Origin: an uncultured Actinomycetota bacterium
GTDB taxonomy: Bacteria; Actinomycetota; Thermoleophilia; Gaiellales; Gaiellaceae
NCBI GenBank assembly: GCA_963766575.1
Contig: CAVYAR010000001.1
Span: 581,426-645,425 of the forward strand
Length of the DNA stretch: 64,000 nucleotides
Direction of reading: 5' to 3'
This document shows positions 46,247-55,035 of the stretch, one piece after another (within the stretch, counting starts at the first letter, position 1; the number at the start of each line of letters is the position of its first letter). A model generated the notes under the pieces. The model had not been told where the DNA came from. It searched no databases and was given only the letters and a program-made list of their open reading frames with translations. The position numbers and the translations under genes were made by a program.

Positions 46247-46515
46247 TCCCGATCGAGCTTCTGACGATGCACGCCGCGGCCCCGGACGCGGTTTGAGAAC
46301 TTTGCGCAACTAGCGGCGAATCCGTGCGCGCGACGTATTGCCCGTTGCGGTCAGGTTGAAATATGTTCGGTGCCTCACCGAGTCGGAGCGTGAGTAAGGC
46401 GATACCGCCTCTGGGGACCGTGTGCGGAACCCCCGCTAGAGCCCAGAGCAGATGGTCAACAAGGCGGAGGATGAAAGCGGATCCGGCTCGGCGAGCCCCC
46501 TCCTAGGGGGCTACC

Positions 46516-46735
46516 GGATGAGTGGTTCCACGGCCTCGCGTGTCCGGATGCACGATCTGGACAGCCTGGGTCGCTCCGGCCTCGCGGAAGCCGATAAGGC
46601 CGGCTCCCGGTGAGGCCTGCGCTTCAACGCGGCGGCACCTCACCGGTACGTCATGTATCGCCGAGGCACCGCCGCGGCGCCCCAGACCGCCCAGCTCGCG
46701 CCCCGAAGCAAACGATTCCGTGGAACCACTCATCT
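46516..46735 (+). ncRNA. candidate structured RNA / inverted-repeat-bounded element (class unknown)
   Basis: Perfect 17-bp inverted repeat GATGAGTGGTTCCACGG (46517-46533) / CCGTGGAACCACTCATC (46718-46734). It encloses mutually compatible nested helices: 46542-49/46555-62, 46566-74/46677-85, 46576-81/46598-603 and 46607-15/46638-46. Two G.U pairs favour the plus strand. It ends 12 nt before the ATG at 46747. Confidence 0.35.
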
Positions 46736-46746
46736 AGGCTCGCGCG

Positions 46747-47412
46747 ATGCAGCACCTGCTCGTAGTCGTGATCGGGATCGGGCTCGTCGACTCGGCGAAC
46801 CCGGCGACGATCGCGCCGGCCTTCTATCTCGCCGCCGGGCCGGGCGGGGCGAAGAGCCTCGTCGGGTTCATCGCCGGCGTCTTCCTGACGAACCTCGCCG
46901 CCGGCGTCCTGATCGCGCTCGGGCCGGGCGAGGCGATCATGTCGATCGTCCCCCACCCGGGGCCCCACGCCAAGCACCTGCTCGAGCTGACCGCCGGCGG
47001 CGTGCTGCTCGTGCTCGCAATCGTGCTCTGGGTGCAGCGAAAACGGGTCGCCCATCACGTCAGCAAGGGCGGCGAGAAGATGGATCGCTCCTCCTTCCTC
47101 GTCGGCGCCGGGCTCGTGCTCGTCGAACTGCCGACCGCGATCCCCTACTTCGCGGTGATCGCCGCGGTGATCGGCTCAGGGAAGCCCGCGGTCGCCCAGG
47201 TGCTCCTGCTCGTGATCTTCAACCTCTGCTTCATCCTGCCGCTCCTCGCCGCGCTGGCCTTCCGGCTGCTCGCGGGCGAGCGCGCCCGGGCCTGGCTCGG
47301 CCGTGCCCGCGGCAGCGTCGACGAGTTCCTCGCAAAGCTCGCTCCCGGACTCGTGCTCCTGGTCGCGCTCGCGCTGATCGCCTTCGGGCTCGTCGGGCTG
47401 CTCCGGGAATAA
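46747..47412 (+). CDS. GAP family (DUF2910-like) membrane protein, second copy
   Basis: 221 aa. GLVDSANPATIAPAFYL start, six TM helices and a central basic loop QRKRVAHHVSKGGEK. Confidence 0.6.
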   Translation: MQHLLVVVIGIGLVDSANPATIAPAFYLAAGPGGAKSLVGFIAGVFLTNLAAGVLIALGPGEAIMSIVPHPGPHAKHLLELTAGGVLLVLAIVLWVQRKRVAHHVSKGGEKMDRSSFLVGAGLVLVELPTAIPYFAVIAAVIGSGKPAVAQVLLLVIFNLCFILPLLAALAFRLLAGERARAWLGRARGSVDEFLAKLAPGLVLLVALALIAFGLVGLLRE

Positions 47413-47531
47413 GAAGCCCTGCGCGACGGATCCCCCGGGTCCAGGGAGAAACGCTCAGATATGGTTCTGAATCCTTCCGGAGCCTCTGATGCTCCGGAGC
47501 GTTCCCGCGGCAGCGCGGGCGGCACCGATTC

Positions 47532-48539
47532 ATGGAATTCGACAAGTTCGCCATCGGCTTCGATCACCGCGACCGCGAGCGGCTTCACGCCCTCTGGGAC
47601 GGGATCCTCGACGACAACGTCTGGTCGGACGGCCCGCTCGTCAAGGCCTTCGAGGAGACCTGGAGCGCCTGGAACGGGCTGCCGTCGGTCGCCACGTCGA
47701 GCTGGACGGGTTCGGCGCTCGCGGCGCTCGAGTTCTTCGAGCTGCGCGGCAAGACCGTGCTGTGCCCCTCGAACACCTTCATGGCCGATCCGCTCGCGAT
47801 CGTCGAGGTCGGCGCGAAGGTCGAGTTCGTCGACTGCAACCGCTCGGACCTCTGCATGTCGTTCGAGGACTTCGAGCGCAAGGTCGCAAAGCACAAGCCG
47901 GCGGCGGCGATCCTCGTCCACATCGGCGGGCACCTCGCGTTCGACACCGAGAAGATCGCCGAGCTCTGCAAGGCCGAGGGCATCTACCTGATCGAGGATT
48001 GCGCCCACTCCCACGGCGCCTCGTGGAACGGCCGTAAGCCGGGGACATTCGGCGATGTCGGGCTCTGGTCGTTCGCGCCGACGAAGACGATCTCGACCGG
48101 CGAGGGCGGGATCCTCGTCTCGTCGAACCCCGACCTCGTCGAGTACGCGAGCCGCTTCCGCAACTACGGCAAACCGGACTACTCGCAGACCGGGCTCAAC
48201 TACCGGATGAACGAGTTCACCGCCGCGATCGGGATCCTCGGCGCCGAGCGCGTCGACGAGATCGTCGCGTGGAAGAACCGGATCGCCCGCAACGAGCTCG
48301 ACCCGCTCTACTCCGCCCGGATGGAGCTCCCTGAGGGCATGGTCTCCGGGCTCTACAAGTACATCGTCTTCCAGCCGCTCGAGCGTTCGACAGGGAAGGT
48401 CTACGACGAGCCCTGCCACCGCGTGATGGGTCATGCGGTCGATCTCCCGAACACCGACTGGGTCGCGGAGAACCACTGGTGCGCGCCGCTCTACTATCGG
48501 CCGGCGGCCATGCCCGCGCTCCAGGCGGTGTCCGGTTGA
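47532..48539 (+). CDS. DegT/DnrJ/EryC1/StrS family PLP-dependent sugar aminotransferase
   Basis: IEDCAHSHGA and SFAPTKTISTGEGG (PLP lysine), then NYRMNEFTAAIG. Confidence 0.85.
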   Translation: MEFDKFAIGFDHRDRERLHALWDGILDDNVWSDGPLVKAFEETWSAWNGLPSVATSSWTGSALAALEFFELRGKTVLCPSNTFMADPLAIVEVGAKVEFVDCNRSDLCMSFEDFERKVAKHKPAAAILVHIGGHLAFDTEKIAELCKAEGIYLIEDCAHSHGASWNGRKPGTFGDVGLWSFAPTKTISTGEGGILVSSNPDLVEYASRFRNYGKPDYSQTGLNYRMNEFTAAIGILGAERVDEIVAWKNRIARNELDPLYSARMELPEGMVSGLYKYIVFQPLERSTGKVYDEPCHRVMGHAVDLPNTDWVAENHWCAPLYYRPAAMPALQAVSG

Positions 48540-48549
48540 GGCAGGCACC

Positions 48550-49509
48550 TTGAGAGCGCTCGTCACGGGCGGCGCGGGCTTCATCGGCTCGCACGTCGTC
48601 GACAAGCTGATCGCCGCCGGCCACACCCCGCGGATCCTCGACGTCGCCCCCTCGCCGTGGCACGTCGAGGGCGAGATCGACACCGCGATCGCCGATCTCA
48701 CCGACGCGGAGGCCGTCCGCGAGGCGGTCAGCGGGTGCGACGCGATCTTCCACCTCGCAGCGATGGCCGACGTGAACCAGGTGCTCGAAGATCCGATCCG
48801 CACCGACGCGGTGAACGTCCACGGCACGTTCAACCTGCTCGAGGCCGCGCGCGCCGAGGGGCTCGAGCGGTTCCTCTACGCGAGCACGATCTGGGTGTAC
48901 GGCAACGCCCCCGGCCCCGAGCCGCACGACGAGGACACGCCGCTCGTCCTGCCGCCGCACTTCTACACCGCGACCAAGCTCGCCGGGGAGATGTACTGCC
49001 GCTCCTACGAGACGCTCTACGGCGTCCCGAGCACGATTCTCCGCTTCGGCATCCCGTACGGCCCGCGCGCGCGGCCGGCCGCGGTCGTGCCGGCGTTCAT
49101 CGCCAAGGCCCAGGCAGGGACGCCGCTGACGATCGCCGGGGACGGCAGCGCCACGCGCCAGTTCGTCTACGTCGAGGATCTCGCCGAGGGGATGGTCGCC
49201 GCGCTCGCACCCGCCGGCGCAGGCCGCGTGTACAACCTCGTCGGCGACGAGCTCGTCAGCGTCCGCCAGATCGCCGACACGGTTCGCGAGCTCGTCGCGG
49301 AGGTGCCGATCGAGCACGGGCCGGACCGGCCCGTCGACCTGAAGTTCGGACAGGCCTCCACCGAGCGCGCCGCCGCGGAGCTCGGCTGGGAGGCGCGTAC
49401 GAGCTTCGCCGAAGGCGTCCGCCGCTACGTGGACTGGCTCGCGGTGACGAACGGCTCCCCCGAGTCGCGCACCGCCGCGAGCACCGCCGGCAGCGCCGCC
49501 ACCGTCTGA
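48550..49509 (+). CDS. NAD-dependent epimerase/dehydratase (SDR family)
   Basis: TTG 48550 with GAGG 9 nt upstream gives MRALVTGGAGFIGSHVV. YTATK catalytic motif. Confidence 0.88.
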   Translation: MRALVTGGAGFIGSHVVDKLIAAGHTPRILDVAPSPWHVEGEIDTAIADLTDAEAVREAVSGCDAIFHLAAMADVNQVLEDPIRTDAVNVHGTFNLLEAARAEGLERFLYASTIWVYGNAPGPEPHDEDTPLVLPPHFYTATKLAGEMYCRSYETLYGVPSTILRFGIPYGPRARPAAVVPAFIAKAQAGTPLTIAGDGSATRQFVYVEDLAEGMVAALAPAGAGRVYNLVGDELVSVRQIADTVRELVAEVPIEHGPDRPVDLKFGQASTERAAAELGWEARTSFAEGVRRYVDWLAVTNGSPESRTAASTAGSAATV

Positions 49510-50126
49510 CGCCACGAGCGGTCGACGCTGTAGGCGTCGCTGTCGTGGAGCAGGACGACGGCGCCTGAGCGAAGGTCGCGCGTCGCCCGGTCGGCGATCG
49601 TCGTCGGCGTCGCCCGCCGCTCCCAGTCTCGCCCCCAGTGCGACCAGAGAAGCGGTGACCACCGCTCCCGCGCGAGCCGCAGTCCCGCGAGGCTGAAGAC
49701 ACCGTAGGGCGGGCGGTAGGAGAGGATCGCTGCGCCGGTCGCTTCGCCGATCACCGCCGTTGCCCGGTCGAAGTCGTCACGCAGCCCGCCGGGCGTGCGG
49801 CGCAATAGCAGCACGTGCCGGTAGCCGTGGATGCCGATCTCGTGACCGGCGGCCGCGATCTCCGCCGCCAGGGCCGGGCGCCGCTCGACCTGCTCGCCGA
49901 CGAGATAGAAGGTCGCGCGGGCGCCGGCGCGCTCGAGCTGGGCGAGCACGGCGGGCGTTCCCTCCAGATGCGGGCCGTCGTCGAAGGTCAGCGCGACCCC
50001 GCCCGGAACCCGCAGCGGGATCCCGAACGCCGCGGCGAGCGGAGGCACGACCGGCGCGGCGGCGGGCGCACACCACGCCGCGAGCGCCCCGGTGCCGATG
50101 CCCCCACCGAGGCTACGTAAGCGCAT
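49425..50126 (-). CDS. polysaccharide deacetylase (NodB homology domain)
   Basis: ALTFDDGPH, HEIGIHGYRH and YRPPYG motifs. ATG 50126. 85-nt convergent overlap with the epimerase gene. Confidence 0.8.
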   Translation of the reverse strand: MRLRSLGGGIGTGALAAWCAPAAAPVVPPLAAAFGIPLRVPGGVALTFDDGPHLEGTPAVLAQLERAGARATFYLVGEQVERRPALAAEIAAAGHEIGIHGYRHVLLLRRTPGGLRDDFDRATAVIGEATGAAILSYRPPYGVFSLAGLRLARERWSPLLWSHWGRDWERRATPTTIADRATRDLRSGAVVLLHDSDAYSVDRSWRQTVAALPAVLAAVRDSGEPFVTASQST

Positions 50127-51261
50127 GCACCGCGTGCGCCCCTTCGACCTCGGCGAGGACGAACGAGGCGGCGGACGGCAGATCCGAGAAGTCGACGGCC
50201 GTGCGGCCCTGCTCGATGGCCGTCGCGACCGCATCCCTGAGCTCGGCCGGGGTCGCCGCGACCTCCGCCAGGCCGAAGCGCCTGAACGCACGGTTGTGGG
50301 CGCGGACGTGACCGCGACCCCAGCCGTAGGAGATCGCCGGGCAGCCGCGCATCAGCGCCTCGAGCACCGTCAGGCCTCCCGTGGAGTGAACGAGCGCATC
50401 GGCGGCGGCAAGCCAGTCGGCCATCTCGTGCGTGAAGGGCTCGACGCGGACGCGGCCCTCCGCCGCGAAGTCGTGTTCGAGCTGGGCGCGGAGCTCGGTG
50501 TTGTGCCCGCAAAGGCACACGACCTTGTCCACGCCTTTCACGGCGAGCACCTCGCGCACGGCGCCCTCCACGTCGCCGACGCCCCAGCCGCCGCCGGAGA
50601 CGAGCACGATCCGGTCGCCGGGCTCGAGGCCGAGCGCGAGGCGGGCATCGACAGTGTCTCGGGGGACCAGGAACTCCGGCTCGGCGAAGCCGTGGACACA
50701 GTGGACGACACTGTCTGCGCCCGCGATCTCTCGTACCTCCTCGATCGACTCCGGGTGGGTGACGAGGTGCAGGTCGGCGCCTGGTGTGGCCCAGTAGCGA
50801 AGGCCCGCGAGGTCGGTGATCACAGCGCAGACCGGGACGCTCAGCCGGCCCGCGCGCCGCAGGCGGCCGAGCACCTCCGTCGCGTGCGGGTAGACCGAGA
50901 CGACGATGTCGGGCCGGTGGGACTGGATCAGACCGAGCAGTCCACCCGAGCCGAAACGCAGGAGCATCCACTGCGTCAGCCGCCGGGTCGTCGCGAAGCC
51001 GGCGAACACCCAGAACCCGACGTCCCAGAGCCAGAGGAACCGGAAGAAGACGACACGTGCTGCACCCTCGCTGATCGCCGAGACCGTGCGGCCCATCGCC
51101 GGGAGGCAGTCCTCGACCTCGACGATCGCCTCGGGCCGCTCGCCGCGCAACTGGTCGGCGAGGCGCCGTGCCGGGGCGTCGTGTCCCTCGCCGACGCTGG
51201 CGGTCAGGATGAGGATCCGGGGGGTCACGGCGCCGTACCCTAGCGTCGCCGATTCCGACAC
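50113..51261 (-). CDS. MGDG synthase-like (GT28) glycosyltransferase
   Basis: RILILTASVGEGHDAPARRL N-terminus, and a C-terminal VSGGGWGVG ... HSTGGLTVLEALMRGCP motif. GTG 51228 is a plausible shorter start. Confidence 0.78.
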   Translation of the reverse strand: MSESATLGYGAVTPRILILTASVGEGHDAPARRLADQLRGERPEAIVEVEDCLPAMGRTVSAISEGAARVVFFRFLWLWDVGFWVFAGFATTRRLTQWMLLRFGSGGLLGLIQSHRPDIVVSVYPHATEVLGRLRRAGRLSVPVCAVITDLAGLRYWATPGADLHLVTHPESIEEVREIAGADSVVHCVHGFAEPEFLVPRDTVDARLALGLEPGDRIVLVSGGGWGVGDVEGAVREVLAVKGVDKVVCLCGHNTELRAQLEHDFAAEGRVRVEPFTHEMADWLAAADALVHSTGGLTVLEALMRGCPAISYGWGRGHVRAHNRAFRRFGLAEVAATPAELRDAVATAIEQGRTAVDFSDLPSAASFVLAEVEGAHAVHALT

Positions 51262-51318
51262 GGAAGCAGTGGTGTACCGGCCATCGGCCTCATCCTCTCA
51301 CGCCCGCATGACGCCCGG

Positions 51319-52041
51319 TCAGAAGCCGGGCTTCGTGAGCACGTACCAGCCGTAGTCCACGGTCGGCCTCGCCGGCGCGAGCGAATGAGCGACCTCGCGC
51401 TGCTCTCCCTGGCAGCCCGCGAGGTCGAGGTAGGTCTCCATGTCGCGCTCCTCCGCGACCGTCTCGGCGCGCTGGAGCACGAGCCCATTCGAGTCGAAGA
51501 GCCCGCGCAGATCGACGTCCGCCATGATCCGCGTGGTGGTCGCGTCGCGCGCGTGCTCGAAGCGGTTCAGCTCGATCGCCGCCAGCGGGTCGTTCGGCGC
51601 GAGCTGGTCGACGACGAGCATCGTGCCGGCCGGCCGCAGCACCCGGCCCATCTCGGCGATCACGAGCTCGGGCCGATCGACGTGGTGGAGCGTGCGAGCG
51701 GTGGCCACGAGATCGAAGCTGTCGGGCCCGAACGGCAGCGCGTACGCGTCGCCCTCGATGAACTCGGCGTTCTCGGGTGCACGCTTCCGCGCCTCCGCGA
51801 GCAGTTCGGGAACGACATCGACGCCGACGACCTCGCGCACATACGGGGCCAGTGCAAGCGCGATCGCGCCTGCGCCCGTGCCGACATCGAGCGCCCGTTC
51901 GCCTGCATCGAGCTGGAGCAGGCGCAGGACCTGCTGCTCGGTCGCGGGCGCACGGCGGTCCTGCAAATCGGCGATCGCCTCCGCAGTTTCCGCAAAACGC
52001 TTACGCACGCCATCCAGCACGGCTGGCATTCTATGTCGCAC
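51319..52041 (-). CDS. class I SAM-dependent methyltransferase
   Basis: Motif I LDVGTGAGAIALALA and post-I VVGVDV. PFGPDSFDLV and LRPAGTMLVVD. Confidence 0.85.
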   Translation of the reverse strand: MRHRMPAVLDGVRKRFAETAEAIADLQDRRAPATEQQVLRLLQLDAGERALDVGTGAGAIALALAPYVREVVGVDVVPELLAEARKRAPENAEFIEGDAYALPFGPDSFDLVATARTLHHVDRPELVIAEMGRVLRPAGTMLVVDQLAPNDPLAAIELNRFEHARDATTTRIMADVDLRGLFDSNGLVLQRAETVAEERDMETYLDLAGCQGEQREVAHSLAPARPTVDYGWYVLTKPGF

Positions 52042-52118
52042 TCGTGCAGGAGACCGCCGTGCGGCGCCTAAAGTGGGGTTTCGGGCGGTTGCTGTGCAGT
52101 GCTTCCACCCGCAAGCCG

Positions 52119-53447
52119 ATGCGCATGAAGCTACTCATCCCGCTCGTCGGGGCGATAGCCCTTACCGCCGTGTGCGCTTCCAGCAACGGCGCGGTCACCC
52201 CGAAGATCGCGGCAAAGCAGGCAGAGGCCAAGCGCGTGCTCGAGCAGATCTCCGCGATCGACGAGCAGCTGAACAGCGTCTCCGAGCGCTACGACGGTGC
52301 GCGGTTCCGGCTCGACAAGCTGCGAAAGAACCTCGCCGTCGAGCAGGTCGCGCTCGTCGGCGCCCGGGTCCGCTTCCACCGTTCCCAACACCGCGCCGCC
52401 AAGCTGCTCGTCTGGATGTACACGTCGAACCGAGGTTCCACACTCGACGTGATCCTGGGCGCGCGCAACCTCGGCGAGCTCCTCGATCTCTCCGATGCCG
52501 AGCATCAACTGAGCCTGCAGGCGACGCTGATCGCACACCAGACGGCCGCGGCCAAGCATTCGCTGTCGGTAAAGGTGACCCGGCTCGACCGCGACCGCGC
52601 CGCGGCCGCCGTCGCGGTGCACGAGCTCTCGACCGAGCGCTCGCAGATCCTCAGCGGGCTCGCCGAGCGGCGGCGCCTGCTCGCCTCGGTGCAGGCGGAG
52701 GTGAACCACCTGGAGGCGGTCGAGCGTGCCCGCCAGGCCCGGCTCGCGGCCGAGGCCAGAGCGCGGCTCGAGGCAGAGCTCGCCGCCCAGCGGAAGGCTG
52801 CGGCCGAGGCGGCTGCGGCCCACCGCGCCGAGCTCGCGGCGGCCGCGAAGGCGAGAGCAGCCGCGGAGGCAGCGGTCGCCAACCACAAGAACTCGGCCGA
52901 GGCCGCCGGGCCGACGGGCCCGACGGGGGCGAGCGCCGCGACCGGCCCGACCGGCCCCGACGATGCGTCGGCCCCGTCGACGTCGACCTCGGTGCTCACG
53001 CCCGCCACACCGCCGCCCGTGGTCACGACGGCGCCGGTGATCACGACGACGAGCGTTCTTCCGACCGGCGTCGTTCCCACCGGGCCGCTCCCGAGTGGCC
53101 ATCCCGAGGCGGCACAGCTCGCCCTCGCTTACCTGGGCGTGCCGTACCTGTGGGGCGGCGCGACTCCCAGCGGCTTCGACTGCTCCGGCCTCGTCGCCTA
53201 CGTCTACGCGCAGCTCGGCGTCGTCCTCCCCCACTTCGCCGCGGCCCAGTGGGGCTTCGGCGTTGCCGTGCCGCTGCCCGACCTCCAGCCGGGCGACCTC
53301 GTCTTCTTCGACAAGCTCGATCACGTCGGGATCTATCTCGGCGACGACGAGTTCATCGACGCGCCGCACACCGGTGCGTTCGTTCGGATCGACACGCTCT
53401 CCGAGCCCTGGTACCACAAGCACTACGTCGGCGCCCGCCGCATCTGA
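52119..53447 (+). CDS. C40 (NlpC/P60) peptidoglycan endopeptidase with N-terminal coiled coil (RipA-like)
   Basis: Signal peptide, a ~270-aa Ala/Arg/Glu coiled-coil region, a Pro/Thr linker, then YLWGGATPSGFDCSGLVAYVY ... HVGIYLGD ... DAPHTG. Confidence 0.88.
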   Translation: MRMKLLIPLVGAIALTAVCASSNGAVTPKIAAKQAEAKRVLEQISAIDEQLNSVSERYDGARFRLDKLRKNLAVEQVALVGARVRFHRSQHRAAKLLVWMYTSNRGSTLDVILGARNLGELLDLSDAEHQLSLQATLIAHQTAAAKHSLSVKVTRLDRDRAAAAVAVHELSTERSQILSGLAERRRLLASVQAEVNHLEAVERARQARLAAEARARLEAELAAQRKAAAEAAAAHRAELAAAAKARAAAEAAVANHKNSAEAAGPTGPTGASAATGPTGPDDASAPSTSTSVLTPATPPPVVTTAPVITTTSVLPTGVVPTGPLPSGHPEAAQLALAYLGVPYLWGGATPSGFDCSGLVAYVYAQLGVVLPHFAAAQWGFGVAVPLPDLQPGDLVFFDKLDHVGIYLGDDEFIDAPHTGAFVRIDTLSEPWYHKHYVGARRI

Positions 53448-53477
53448 GAACGATCCCCGCCGCGTACACTCGGCACC

Positions 53478-54758
53478 GTGCCCGCCCCGTACGGATGTGC
53501 GATCGCCGCCGAGCTCGAGGCCGACGTGCTCGAGCGCTTCCTGCGCTACGCACGGATCGATACGCAGTCCTCGCGCGTCTCGGACACCTATCCGAGCACG
53601 CTGAAGCAGCTCGACCTCTCGCGCCTGCTCGCGGAGGAGCTGCGCGGTCTCGGACTCGAGGACGTCGAGCTGACGAGTCACGGGTACGTCCTCGCAACGC
53701 TGCCGGCTGTGGGAGCCGAAGGCGGCCCGACCGTGGGGCTGCTCGCGCACGTCGACACGGCTCCGGATGCCTCGGGCACGGGCGTCGACCCGCAGGTGTG
53801 GAACGACTACGACGGCAGCGACCTGATCCTGCCGGGCGATCCCTCCCAGGTGGTCTCGCCCGCGGCGAACCCGCTGCTCCTCGAGCGGGTCGGTCACGAC
53901 ATCGTCACCTCGGACGGAACGACCCTCCTCGGCGCAGACGACAAGGCCGGCGTCGCCGAGATCATGGCCGCGGTGACGTGGCTGCTCGCGCACCCGGAGG
54001 TGCCGCGGGCCCGGGCGCGGATCGGCTTCACGGTCGACGAGGAGGTCGGCCACGGCGTCGACCACCTCGACCTCGACCGGTTCGGCGCCGACTTCGCCTA
54101 CACGCTCGACGGCCAGGAGGTCGGCGGCATCGAGAACGAGACCTTCTCGGCGGTCGAGCTGAAGGTGACCTTCCGCGGGGTGGCGATCCACCCGGGCTTC
54201 GCGAAGGGAAGGCTCGTGAACCCGGTGAAGTTGGCCGCGCGTTTCATCGCCTCGTTTCCCGCCGACTCGCTCTCACCCGAGACGACCGACGAGCGCGAGG
54301 GCTTCGTCCACCCGCTCGAGCTCACGGGTGGGAGCGGCGGTGCGACCGTCTCGGTCTACGCACGCGACCACGACGGCGAGAAGCTCGAGCAGCATGTCGA
54401 GCTCGTCCAGCGGCTGGCCGCCGAAGCGGTCGCCGGCGAGCCACGGGCGAGCGTCTCGATCGAGCGCTGGGATCAGTACCGCAACATGCGCGAGGAGCTC
54501 GACAAGGTCCCGCAGGTCGTCGAGGCGGCGATGCAGGCGACACGCCGGGTCGGCCTCGAAGCGCGCCTCGAGTCGATCCGCGGCGGCACCGACGGCTCGC
54601 GCCTGACCGAGCTCGGCCTTCCCACCCCGAACATCTTCACCGGCGGCAACGACTTCCACTCCGAGCGTGAGTGGATCAGCGTGCAGGACATGGCCATCTC
54701 GGCGGCCACGGTCGTCGAGCTCGTCCGGCTGCTGGCCGAGCCAGCCGCCACGAGCTAG
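53478..54758 (+). CDS. pepT: peptidase T (M20B tripeptide aminopeptidase)
   Basis: LERFLRYARIDTQS, LLAHVDTAPD, GADDKAGVAEIM, and DEEVGHG motifs. Confidence 0.9.
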   Translation: MPAPYGCAIAAELEADVLERFLRYARIDTQSSRVSDTYPSTLKQLDLSRLLAEELRGLGLEDVELTSHGYVLATLPAVGAEGGPTVGLLAHVDTAPDASGTGVDPQVWNDYDGSDLILPGDPSQVVSPAANPLLLERVGHDIVTSDGTTLLGADDKAGVAEIMAAVTWLLAHPEVPRARARIGFTVDEEVGHGVDHLDLDRFGADFAYTLDGQEVGGIENETFSAVELKVTFRGVAIHPGFAKGRLVNPVKLAARFIASFPADSLSPETTDEREGFVHPLELTGGSGGATVSVYARDHDGEKLEQHVELVQRLAAEAVAGEPRASVSIERWDQYRNMREELDKVPQVVEAAMQATRRVGLEARLESIRGGTDGSRLTELGLPTPNIFTGGNDFHSEREWISVQDMAISAATVVELVRLLAEPAATS

Positions 54759-54778
54759 GAGACCCAACCGCACCTCGT

Positions 54779-54931
54779 CGGCCGTCGTTTTCAGGCGGCC
54801 GGTTCGCGCCGTGCTCGGGCGTGGTTCGTCACACTTTCGTTCCAGTACCTGTCCCCGCCTTTCCGCCTGGTGGGTGCGAGAATTTCGGGCTCTCTGGCCG
54901 CGTCGTTTTCAGGCTTTACCTGTCCCCGCCT
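54779..54931. repeat. two copies each of two intergenic motifs: GGCCG(C)GTCGTTTTCAGGC and TACCTGTCCCCGCCT
   Basis: Motif A at 54779-54796 and 54896-54914. Motif B at 54846-54860 and 54917-54931. A-to-B spacing is 67 nt in copy 1 and 21 nt in copy 2. Confidence 0.85.
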
Positions 54932-54993
54932 CCGGCGCCCCGGAGCGCGGCGCCCCCTGACCGCAACGCCGGCTCGCAGCCGTGGATGGAAAC

Positions 54994-55031
54994 GTCGGGG
55001 CAGGCCGACCCTGGGGCCGGCCTGCCCCGAC
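54994..55031 (-). terminator. strong GC hairpin (14-bp stem) immediately after the stop of the minus-strand YciI-like gene; possibly bidirectional
   Basis: GTCGGGGCAGGCCG-(10 nt)-CGGCCTGCCCCGAC, 4 nt downstream of the TAG at 55036-55038. Followed on the minus strand by GTTTCC. Confidence 0.55.
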
Positions 55032-55035
55032 GCTG

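Noticed and set aside
46380-46460. Fragments reminiscent of c-di-AMP (ydaO), cobalamin and glycine riboswitches: GGCGATACC, TGGGGACC, GGAACCCCCGC and GGTGCC.
   Set aside because: The motif order does not match ydaO. There is no GCCACTG B12 box or AGCCAGGAGAC, and no ACCGAAGG glycine core. The match is at chance level without a covariance-model search.
46467-46489. GAGGATGAAAGCGGATCCGGCTC resembles the RNase P RNA P4 core GAGGAAAGTCCGGGCTC.
   Set aside because: The invariant GGAAAGTCCGG string is interrupted by insertions. No ACAGAAnnCGGCTTA partner or other conserved RNase P regions occur nearby.
46505-46530. GGGGCTACCGGATGAG looks like a tmRNA 5' end.
   Set aside because: There is no tRNA-like 3' end (GGTTCGAnTCC...CCACCA), no tag-peptide reading frame, and the region is too short.
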